From contig DASZSW010000026.1 in assembly GCA_035548515.1 (NCBI GenBank), forward strand, positions 131,900-163,899: a stretch of DNA of 32,000 bases, written 5' to 3'. The DNA is from Bauldia sp. GTDB taxonomy: Bacteria; Pseudomonadota; Alphaproteobacteria; Rhizobiales; Kaistiaceae. The translations under genes were made by a program, and so were the position numbers. Below are positions 12,986 through 20,727 of this stretch, in pieces. Numbering within the stretch: the first letter of the stretch is position 1; the number at the start of each line of letters is the position of its first letter. The notes below the pieces were generated by a model. It did no database searches. It saw only the letters and a program-made list of their open reading frames with translations, and had not been told where the DNA came from.

Positions 12986-13386
12986 CGCATCCCTCGCTCG
13001 CCCTGCAGAAAGCGATCGTCGCGGCGCTGATCGGCGATAGCGCCGTCGGGGCGCTGATCGGCGACCGCATCTGGGATGCACCGCCGCGCGACGCGACGTT
13101 TCCGTATCTGACCATTGGCCAGGTGAACACGACGGACTGGAGCACCGGCAGTGAGGACGGCGCGGAACATCAGCTGACGCTGCATGCCTGGTCGCGCGAG
13201 CGCGGCAAGCGCGAGTGCTACGCGATCGCGGCGGCCGTGGAGGCGACCTTGCATGACGCGGCGCTGACGCTTCAGGACCACGCCCTGGTCAATCTCAGAT
13301 TCGAATTCGCCGAAACCCGGCGCGATCCCGACGGGATCACCTACCACTGCGCGATCCGCTTCCGCGCCGTAACCGAACCGACATAG
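12982..13386 (+). CDS. DUF3168-type tail completion/terminator protein (RcGTA g8-like)
   Basis: LQKAIVAALIGDSAVGALIGDRIWDAPPRDATFPYLTIGQ matches the DUF3168 pattern. GTG start overlaps the preceding stop. Confidence 0.8.
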   Translation: MTHPSLALQKAIVAALIGDSAVGALIGDRIWDAPPRDATFPYLTIGQVNTTDWSTGSEDGAEHQLTLHAWSRERGKRECYAIAAAVEATLHDAALTLQDHALVNLRFEFAETRRDPDGITYHCAIRFRAVTEPT

Positions 13387-13397
13387 GAGAGTCGCCA

Positions 13398-13811
13398 ATG
13401 ACCGCGCAGAAGGGCAAGGACCTACTGCTCAAGATCGATACGGACGGTGGCGGCACGTTCGCGACCGTCGCCGGGTTGCGTTCGCGCCATATCGCGTTCA
13501 ACGCGGAGAGCGTCGACATCAGCAACGCTGACTCCTCCGGGCGCTGGCGCGAGCTGCTGGAAGGCGCCGGCGTGAAACGTGCGAGCATCGCCGGCTCGGG
13601 CATCTTCAAGGACGCATCGACCGACGCCACGGTGCGCCAAGTGTTCTTCGACGGCACCATTCGCAACTGGCAGGTGATCGTGCCGGACTTTGGCACCCTG
13701 GCTGGGCCATTCCAGATCACAGCGCTGGAGTACTCCGGCGAGCACAACGGCGAGGTCGCGTACGAACTGGTACTTGAGTCGGCCGGCGCGATCTCGTTTA
13801 GCGGAGCCTAG
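13398..13811 (+). CDS. Major tail protein, TP901-1 family (RcGTA g9-like)
   Basis: Strong RBS aggaga upstream. KGKDLLLKIDTDGGGTFATVAGLRS...ISNADS...WRELL. Confidence 0.88.
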   Translation: MTAQKGKDLLLKIDTDGGGTFATVAGLRSRHIAFNAESVDISNADSSGRWRELLEGAGVKRASIAGSGIFKDASTDATVRQVFFDGTIRNWQVIVPDFGTLAGPFQITALEYSGEHNGEVAYELVLESAGAISFSGA

Positions 13812-13813
13812 GC

Positions 13814-14122
13814 GTGGTCAACCGGCAACGCGGCGAGATCGAAGCGACGCTCGACGGGCGGTCGTGGACGCTCTGTCTGACGCTGGGTGCGCTGGCCGAA
13901 CTCGAGGCGGCGCTGGGTGAGGGCGACCTGCTGGCGCTCGCCAAACGGTTCGAGGCGGGGCGGCTGAGCGCAACCGATGCGGTGCACGTGATCGGCGCTG
14001 GGCTGCGCGGCGCCGGCAACGACGTCGATGACGCGGCGGTGGCGGGAATGCGGGTGGACGGCGGCGCGGCGGGATATGTCGCCATCGTGGCGGAGCTGCT
14101 CGCGGCGACGTTCGGTGGCTGA
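13814..14122 (+). CDS. GTA family tail assembly chaperone-like protein (RcGTA g10-like)
   Basis: GEIEATLDGRSWTLCLTLGALAELEAAL matches the 'gene transfer agent family protein' pattern. GTG start. Confidence 0.75.
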   Translation: MVNRQRGEIEATLDGRSWTLCLTLGALAELEAALGEGDLLALAKRFEAGRLSATDAVHVIGAGLRGAGNDVDDAAVAGMRVDGGAAGYVAIVAELLAATFGG

Positions 14123-14309
14123 TCGGTTCCCCTGGCGCGAGGTCATGGCGTTTGGCCTTGGACGATTGCGGCTGCCGCCGGCCGCGTTCTGGCGCGCGAC
14201 CCTGCGTGAGCTTTCTGCAGCGGCTGAGGGAGCGGGCGCCGCGCGCGGCGCCCGCATGGAACGTGACGCGCTCGACCGATTGATCAAACGATTTCCGGAT
14301 GGAGCCTGA
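14115..14309 (+). CDS. Small tail assembly protein (RcGTA g10.1/rcc01693-like)
   Basis: FPWREVMAFGLGRLRLPPAAFWRATLREL matches the conserved PW...GLG.L.L.P..FW motif. The in-frame GTG at 14115 (GTGGCTGA overlap with the g10 stop) includes the FPW motif; ATG 14145 is the alternative start. Confidence 0.6.
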   Translation: MADRFPWREVMAFGLGRLRLPPAAFWRATLRELSAAAEGAGAARGARMERDALDRLIKRFPDGA

Positions 14310-14878
14310 TGGCGATCGACCGTCTGACTATCGACTTTGACGCGAACATCGCGCCGGTCGAGGCCAAGCTGACGCAGCTTGCGTCGCGGGCCACCGCATT
14401 TTCGTCGTCCATCAGTCGCGCATTCAAGGACGCGGTGGTCGGCGGCAAGGACTTCGAGTCCGTGCTGTCGTCGCTGGCTCTGAAGCTGGCCGGCCTGGCG
14501 CTCGATCGCGCCATTCAGCCGCTGTCCAACCTGTTCGGCGGACTGGTCGACGGATTGTTCAAGGGCTTCGGACTCGCCAACGGCGGTGTCGTTTCCGCCG
14601 GCGTGGTGAAGCCGTTCGCGCAGGGCGGTGTGGTTTCAGCGCCAACGTTATTTCCCCTGGCGCGCGGGCTGGGCCTGATGGGGGAAGCCGGAGCGGAGGC
14701 GGTGCTGCCGTTGGCGCGCGGTGGCGACGGCACCCTTGGGGTGCGGACCTCCGCGGCCGCACCTGTTGTCGTCAACTTCAACATCACGACGGCCGACGCG
14801 GACAGCTTCCGCAAGGCGGAGACACAGGTCACCGCAATGCTGGCACGCGCCGTCGGTCGCGGAAGAAGGGGCCTCTGA
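14309..14878 (+). CDS. Short tail tape measure protein (RcGTA g11-like)
   Basis: PFAQGGVVSAPTLFPLARGLGLMGEAGAEAVLPLARGGDGTLGV is the conserved GTA tape-measure motif. Confidence 0.8.
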   Translation: MAIDRLTIDFDANIAPVEAKLTQLASRATAFSSSISRAFKDAVVGGKDFESVLSSLALKLAGLALDRAIQPLSNLFGGLVDGLFKGFGLANGGVVSAGVVKPFAQGGVVSAPTLFPLARGLGLMGEAGAEAVLPLARGGDGTLGVRTSAAAPVVVNFNITTADADSFRKAETQVTAMLARAVGRGRRGL

Positions 14879-15516
14879 TGCCGGCGCTGGTTCCGTTTCA
14901 CGAGGTGCGCTTTCCGACCGCCATCGCCTTCGGCGCGAGCGGCGGGCCGGAGCGGCGTACCGACATTGTCGCGCTGGCGTCCGGCCACGAGGAGCGCAAC
15001 AGCCGCTGGGCGGACTCGCGCCGGCGCTACAACGCCGGCTACGGCGTGCGCTCGCTGGACGACCTGCACGCGGTCATCGCGTTCTTCGAGGAACGGCGCG
15101 GGCGGCTCTACGGATTTCGCTGGAAGGATCGCGCCGATTTCCAGTCGTGCGCACCAGGCGCCGTCGTTGCCGCCACCGATCAGACGATGGGCGAGGGCGA
15201 CGGCGAAACGGCAACGTTCCAGCTCGCCAAAACCTATGGAGCCGAACACGCACCGTACGTGCGCGCGATTCACAAGCCGGTGGCGGGCACGGTCATGGTT
15301 GCCGTCGATGGCGTGGCGCTCGAGGACGGATGGAGTGTCGATGTCGCGACGGGCGTCGTGACTTTCGACGCGGCGCCTGCCGAGACGGCGCTCGTCACCG
15401 CCGGCTTCCAATTCGACGTGCCGGTGCGCTTCGACACGGACAAGCTCGAGGTGAACCTCACGAGTTTCGCGGCCGGCGACATACCCGCCATTCCGCTGGT
15501 GGAGATTCGGCTGTGA
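14878..15516 (+). CDS. DUF2460 distal tail protein (RcGTA g12-like)
   Basis: VRFPTAIAFGASGGPERRTDIVALASGHEERNSRWADSRRRYNAGYGVRS. Confidence 0.88.
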   Translation: MPALVPFHEVRFPTAIAFGASGGPERRTDIVALASGHEERNSRWADSRRRYNAGYGVRSLDDLHAVIAFFEERRGRLYGFRWKDRADFQSCAPGAVVAATDQTMGEGDGETATFQLAKTYGAEHAPYVRAIHKPVAGTVMVAVDGVALEDGWSVDVATGVVTFDAAPAETALVTAGFQFDVPVRFDTDKLEVNLTSFAAGDIPAIPLVEIRL

Positions 15517-16403
15517 GGACCATCGATCCGGGCCTCACCGCCCATCTCGCGACGGGCGTCACCACGCTATGCCGCTGCTGGAAGCTGACACGCACGGACG
15601 GAGTCGTTCTGGGCTTTACCGATCATGATCGCGCCCTGGCGTTCGACGCGCTGACGTATGAGCCGGAGAGCGGCTTCGACGCCAGCGAGGAGACGAGCGC
15701 GACGGGCTTCGCGATCGGCGGGATGGAGGTGCTGGGTGCGCTGTCCTCCGACCGCCTGCCTGCGGACGATCTCGCGGCTGGCGTCTACGACAACGCCGAG
15801 GTGCGGGTTTACCTGGTCAACTGGACCACGCCGAGCGAGCGACATCTGCTGCGCGTCGGCCATCTTGGCGAGGTGACGCGCGAAGACGGCGTGTTTCGCG
15901 CCGAGATCCGCGGACTGGCGTCGGCGCTCGACGAGCCGCAGGGGCGGGTGTTCAGGCACGCCTGCGATGCCGACCTCGGCGACGCACGATGTGGCGTCGA
16001 TCTGGAAAGCGCGGACCTGCGCGGCGAGGGCGCCGTGACCGCGGCCACCGGGCGGCGGCGCTTCATCGCGAGCGGGCTTACGGATTTCGACGCCGGCTGG
16101 TTCGAACGCGGGCGGTTGATGTGGACGAGTGGCGCGAATGCCGGCCGCGCCATCGAGGTGCGTGCACATCGCGTGCTCTCCGGCGACGTCGTTCTGGAGC
16201 TGTGGCAGCCGATGCATTTCGACATCGCCGATGGCGACGCTTTCGTCGTGACGGCGGGTTGCGACAAGCTGTTCGCGACGTGCGTGGCGAAATTTCACAA
16301 CGCGGCGAACTTCCGCGGCTTTCCGCACATGCCAGGCAATGACTTCGCGCTGTCCTATGCCCGCGCCGGCGACGTCAACGACGGCGGGCCGGTGATCCCA
16401 TGA
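15513..16403 (+). CDS. DUF2163/BR0599 hub protein (RcGTA g13-like)
   Basis: GTG 15513 overlaps the g12 stop. TLCRCWKLTRTDGVVLGFTDHDRALAFDALTYEP, with the C-terminal motif GCDKLFATCVAKFHNAANFRGFPHMPG. Confidence 0.88.
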   Translation: MRTIDPGLTAHLATGVTTLCRCWKLTRTDGVVLGFTDHDRALAFDALTYEPESGFDASEETSATGFAIGGMEVLGALSSDRLPADDLAAGVYDNAEVRVYLVNWTTPSERHLLRVGHLGEVTREDGVFRAEIRGLASALDEPQGRVFRHACDADLGDARCGVDLESADLRGEGAVTAATGRRRFIASGLTDFDAGWFERGRLMWTSGANAGRAIEVRAHRVLSGDVVLELWQPMHFDIADGDAFVVTAGCDKLFATCVAKFHNAANFRGFPHMPGNDFALSYARAGDVNDGGPVIP

Positions 16404-16831
16404 CGCGCGACGCGATTGTTGCCGAGGCGCTGTCGTGGCTAGGGACGCCATATCGGCACCAGGCATCGCTGAAGGGCGTCGGCTGCGACTGCCTCGGGCT
16501 GCTGCGCGGTGTGTGGCGCGCGGTTGAAGGGGCCGAACCCGAGGCCGCGCCGGCCTATACGCCAGACTGGGCGGAGGCGTCCGGCACCGAGACTTTGGCG
16601 CTGGCCGCGGGCCGGCACATGACGCCGGTTGACGTAGCGGAAGCGCGTGTCGGCGACGTCGTGCTGTTCCGCTGGCGGGAGAATCTTCCTGCCAAGCACG
16701 CGGCGATCCTCGTTGCGCCCGGTCGCATGATCCATGCCCAGCAGGGCGCTGCGGTTGCGACTGCGACGCTCTCGGCCTGGTGGCGCCGCCGCATCGCCTT
16801 CGCATTTCAGTTTCCCGGAGTGATCGAGTAG
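16400..16831 (+). CDS. NlpC/P60 cell-wall peptidase (RcGTA g14-like)
   Basis: WLGTPYRHQASLKGVGCDCLGLLRGVW carries the catalytic Cys context. Confidence 0.9.
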   Translation: MTRDAIVAEALSWLGTPYRHQASLKGVGCDCLGLLRGVWRAVEGAEPEAAPAYTPDWAEASGTETLALAAGRHMTPVDVAEARVGDVVLFRWRENLPAKHAAILVAPGRMIHAQQGAAVATATLSAWWRRRIAFAFQFPGVIE

Positions 16832-19800
16832 TGGCAACGCTTGTTCTGCAGGCAGCCGGCGCGGCAATCGGTTCGCTGTTCGGGCCGCTCGGCACGATCG
16901 TCGGCCGCGCCGTCGGCGGGCTGGCCGGCTACGCGATCGACCAGTCGCTGTTTGGCGAGCACCGCACGATCGAGGGGCCGAGACTTGCGGACCTTACGGT
17001 CCAGACATCGCGTGAGGGCGCGCCGATTCCGCGGCTTTACGGCCGCGTGCGCATCTCCGGGCAGGTGATCTGGGCGACACGCTTCGAGGAGACGGTCTCC
17101 GATGTCGGCGAAGGCGGAAAGGGCGGGGGCAGCGGCACGACGCTCCGCACCTACGCGTATTTCGCCAACTTCGCCGTGGGCCTTTGCGAGGGGCCGATTG
17201 CGCGCATCGGGCGCGTGTGGGCGGACGGCAAGCCGTTCGACCTTTCGACGGTGACATGTCGCATCTATCGCGGCGACGCGGCGCAGGACGTGGACAGCCT
17301 GATCGAGGCGAAGCAAGGCGACGCGCCGGCTTATCGCGACACGGCGATGATCGTGTTCGAGCGGTTGCCGCTGGAGAATTTCGGCAACCGGATCCCGCAG
17401 CTCTCCTTCGAGGTGATCCGGCCCGTCGACGGCATCGAGACGGCGGTGCGGGCGGTGAGCATGATCCCCGGTTCGACCGAGTTTGGCTACGACCCCGAGC
17501 CGGTGACGTCGACGATCACGCCCGGCAGCAGCACGACCGTCAACCGTCACGTCGATGGCGTGCGCACCGACTGGCAGGCATCGGTCGACGAGCTCCAGGC
17601 GGTATGCGCGAACGCCGGTCGCGTCGGCCTGGTGACCGCGTGGTTCGGCAACGACCTGCGCGCCGGCGAGTGCACGTTGAAGCCGGCGGTGGTCGATCGC
17701 ACGACGGTCACCAGCCCATATACCTGGTCGGCCGCGGGGATGACGCGCGACACCGCGCGGCTCGTCTCGACCTTCGAGAGCAAGGCGGCGTTCGGCGGCA
17801 CCCCGGCCGACGCGTCGCTGGTGCGGGCGATCCGCGACCTCAACGAACGCGACATCAAGGTCACGTTCTATCCGTTCATCATGATGGATGTGCCGCCGGG
17901 CAACGGGCGCGATGACCCGTACGGCGGGGCCGAACAGGCCGCCTATCCATGGCGAGGCAGCATGACTTTGTCGGTCGCGCCGGGTCTTCCCGGTTCGCCC
18001 GACAAGACCACCGCCGCGGCCGACGAAGTCGCCGCATTCGTCGGTACCGCGGCGGTGGATGATTTTCACTTGTCTGGCGACAGCGTCGTCTACACGGGGC
18101 CGGACGAGTGGTCGTTCCGGCGATTCATTTTACACTACGCCTGGCTGTGCAAGGCGGCGGGCGGCGTCGATGCGTTTCTCATCGGCTCGGAGCTCCGCGG
18201 ACTGAGCACGGTCCGCTCGGCGGCATCGACCTATCCGTTCGTTACGGCGCTGGTGGCCTTGGCGGACGACGTTAAGGGCATCCTCGGCGGGGCAACCACG
18301 GTGACATACGGAGCCGATTGGAGCGAGTATTTCGGCCATCATCCGGACGACGGCAGTGGCGACGTATTTTTCCACCTCGACCCGTTGTGGGCGAGCGCCG
18401 CGGTCGGCTGCGTTGGCATCGATAACTACATGCCGCTGTCGGACTGGCGCGACGGCAGCGAGCATCTCGACGCTGCCGATTGGGACAATGGCCGCGACGC
18501 CGCATATCTCCGTAGCAACATCGCGGCAGGCGAGGGCTACGACTGGTACTATGCGAGCGATGCCGATCGCGCGGTACAGGTACGCACACCGATCACGGAT
18601 GGCGGTGGCGGCAAGCCCTGGGTGTTCCGCTACAAGGACCTGGTCGGCTGGTGGAGCAACCGGCACTTCAACCGCCCCGGTGGGGTGGAGTCCGGAACGC
18701 ACACCGCGTGGGTACCGCAATCGAAGCCGATCTGGTTCACGGAGGCCGGTTGCCCGGCCATCGACAAGGGACCGAACCAGCCGAACGTGTTCTACGACGC
18801 GAAGTCGTCGGCGAGCGCGCTGCCATACTTCTCCAACGGCCTCCGCGACGATCTCGTCCAGCGCCGCTACATCGCGGCGACGCTGGCGTACTGGAATCCG
18901 GATGCGCCCGACTTCGATGATGCGGCCAATCCGGAATCGTCGGCATACGCCGGCCGCATGGTCGACCATGCCGCCATCCACCTTTGGACGTGGGACGCGC
19001 GGCCGTACCCGGCCTTTCCGCTCTACACCGACGTGTGGTCGGACGGCGGCAACTGGGATCGCGGGCACTGGCTGACGGGCCGCCTCGGCGCGCTCACGGC
19101 GGAGTCGCTCGCCGCGGCGATTCTCGCAGACTACGGCATCACCGACGCGGACATCGGCGATCTTGACGGCGTCGTGGATGGCTTCCTGATCGGCGAGGTG
19201 ACGTCGGCGCGCGGTGCGCTGGAGCCTCTGGCGCAGCTGCTTGCGTTCGAGGGACACGAATCCGGCGATCGGTTCGCGGTTACGCGACGCGGCCGCGCGC
19301 CGAAGCTTGACTTCACCGGCGCGGATCTCGTTGAGGACAAGGACAAGCCGGTCATCAGCATCCGTCGCGCGCAGGAGACCGAGCTGCCTGCGGAGATCGG
19401 CATCGGCTTCTCCGATCCCTTGGCGGACTATCGGCCGACCTCAGTCAGTTCGCGCCGCCTGGTTGGCGGCAGCCGGCGAAGCGTCAGCACCGATACCGGC
19501 GCCGTGCTCAGTCATGCCGTCGCTGGTGGGCTGGCCGACACGATGCTGCAGGACCTCTGGGCGGGGCGCGAATCGATCGCATTGGCGCTGCCGCAGCGCA
19601 CGCTCGCGCTGGAGCCGGCGGACGTCTGCACGCTCGATATCGACGGTGACGTGCGCACGATTCTCGTGACCCGCATCGAGGATGCGGGCCTGCGGCGTAT
19701 CGAGGCACGCACGATCGAGCCGGATATCCTGGCGCCGGTTCCCGCCGCGTCGCGGGTGGTCGCGCCGCCGGTCGCGGTATCGGCATCGCGGCCCGAGGTC

Positions 19801-20727
19801 GTGCTTCTCGACCTGCCGCTGCTTACCGGGAGCGAGCCCGGATATGCGCCTCGGGTTGCCGTGTTCGCCGCGCCGTGGCCCGGCGCGATCGCACTTTCGG
19901 TCGGAACCGCCGACACCGGCTACGTGCCGCGACAGGCGATCGAACGGCGTGCGGTGATGGGCGAGCTTACGTCGGAACTGGCGCCGGGACCGGTTGCGCG
20001 CTGGGACCGGGCGGCCTCGGTCACAGTTCGGCTTTACGGCGGTGCGCTGGCGGGCGCGCCCGAACTTTCGGTGCTCAACGGCGCCAACGTCGCCGCGATT
20101 GGCTCAAGCGAGACCGGATACGAGGTCGTGCAGTTCAGCGCTGCCACGCTGATCGACACGCGGACCTGGCGGTTGGAAGGCCTGCTACGCGGACAGGCCG
20201 GAACGGGAGACATCGCGGCAGCAGGCCATGACGCCGGTGCACGATTTGTGCTGCTCGATCGCGCCGTCGTCCCGCTGTCGTTATCGGAGGCGGAGGCCGG
20301 GCTTGGGCTGACGCTGCGCTGTGGTGCGGCGGGAGCGCCGTACGATCCCGATGTATTCGCCGACGTGACGATTACGGCCGCCCGTCGCGGTCTGCGCTGC
20401 CTGGCGCCGGTGCATGCGCGGGCGCATCGCGATGAAGGCACTGGTGACGTGACGTTGTCCTGGATACGGCAGACGCGCATCGGCGGCGATGCTTGGGAGC
20501 CGGTCGAGGTGCCGCTTGGCGAGACGAGCGAGGCGTATTCCGTTGCCATTGGCGATGGCATGACGACCTTCCGCACGGTGACGGCGGCTTCGCCGTCACT
20601 ACTTTATCCGGCCGCCGACCAGCTTGCGGACTTCGGCGCGCTGCCGGACGAAATCACTATCGCAATCAGCCAGATAAGCCCGACCGAGGGACCGGGTTCT
20701 GGCGCATTTTTTGCGCTCAATGTCTGA
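16831..20727 (+). CDS. Large host-specificity/baseplate protein with a GTA TIM-barrel-like domain (RcGTA g15-like)
   Basis: GTG 16831 overlaps the g14 TAG. The N-terminus has a glycine-zipper (GSLFGPLGTIVGRAVGGLAGYAIDQ). Also present are RIPQLSFEV and WFTEAGCPAIDKGPNQPNVF. The protein is ~1298 aa. Confidence 0.9.
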   Translation: MATLVLQAAGAAIGSLFGPLGTIVGRAVGGLAGYAIDQSLFGEHRTIEGPRLADLTVQTSREGAPIPRLYGRVRISGQVIWATRFEETVSDVGEGGKGGGSGTTLRTYAYFANFAVGLCEGPIARIGRVWADGKPFDLSTVTCRIYRGDAAQDVDSLIEAKQGDAPAYRDTAMIVFERLPLENFGNRIPQLSFEVIRPVDGIETAVRAVSMIPGSTEFGYDPEPVTSTITPGSSTTVNRHVDGVRTDWQASVDELQAVCANAGRVGLVTAWFGNDLRAGECTLKPAVVDRTTVTSPYTWSAAGMTRDTARLVSTFESKAAFGGTPADASLVRAIRDLNERDIKVTFYPFIMMDVPPGNGRDDPYGGAEQAAYPWRGSMTLSVAPGLPGSPDKTTAAADEVAAFVGTAAVDDFHLSGDSVVYTGPDEWSFRRFILHYAWLCKAAGGVDAFLIGSELRGLSTVRSAASTYPFVTALVALADDVKGILGGATTVTYGADWSEYFGHHPDDGSGDVFFHLDPLWASAAVGCVGIDNYMPLSDWRDGSEHLDAADWDNGRDAAYLRSNIAAGEGYDWYYASDADRAVQVRTPITDGGGGKPWVFRYKDLVGWWSNRHFNRPGGVESGTHTAWVPQSKPIWFTEAGCPAIDKGPNQPNVFYDAKSSASALPYFSNGLRDDLVQRRYIAATLAYWNPDAPDFDDAANPESSAYAGRMVDHAAIHLWTWDARPYPAFPLYTDVWSDGGNWDRGHWLTGRLGALTAESLAAAILADYGITDADIGDLDGVVDGFLIGEVTSARGALEPLAQLLAFEGHESGDRFAVTRRGRAPKLDFTGADLVEDKDKPVISIRRAQETELPAEIGIGFSDPLADYRPTSVSSRRLVGGSRRSVSTDTGAVLSHAVAGGLADTMLQDLWAGRESIALALPQRTLALEPADVCTLDIDGDVRTILVTRIEDAGLRRIEARTIEPDILAPVPAASRVVAPPVAVSASRPEVVLLDLPLLTGSEPGYAPRVAVFAAPWPGAIALSVGTADTGYVPRQAIERRAVMGELTSELAPGPVARWDRAASVTVRLYGGALAGAPELSVLNGANVAAIGSSETGYEVVQFSAATLIDTRTWRLEGLLRGQAGTGDIAAAGHDAGARFVLLDRAVVPLSLSEAEAGLGLTLRCGAAGAPYDPDVFADVTITAARRGLRCLAPVHARAHRDEGTGDVTLSWIRQTRIGGDAWEPVEVPLGETSEAYSVAIGDGMTTFRTVTAASPSLLYPAADQLADFGALPDEITIAISQISPTEGPGSGAFFALNV

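Noticed and set aside
14111-14150. Programmed ribosomal frameshift joining g10 and g10.1, by analogy with phage G/GT chaperones
   Set aside because: The conserved FPW motif upstream of ATG 14145 first suggested recoding. However, an in-frame GTG at 14115 (GTGGCTGA overlap with the g10 stop) explains it. The shift would have to be +1/-2, and I see no slippery heptamer.
14515-19257. Long minus-strand ORFs (14515..15411, 15567..16895, 16807..18069, 18130..19257) and the 560-aa + ORF 14721..16403
   Set aside because: The minus-strand ORFs are antisense or off-frame to g11-g15 and have an Arg-rich composition. In 14721..16403 only the part from GTG 15513 is the g13 homologue.
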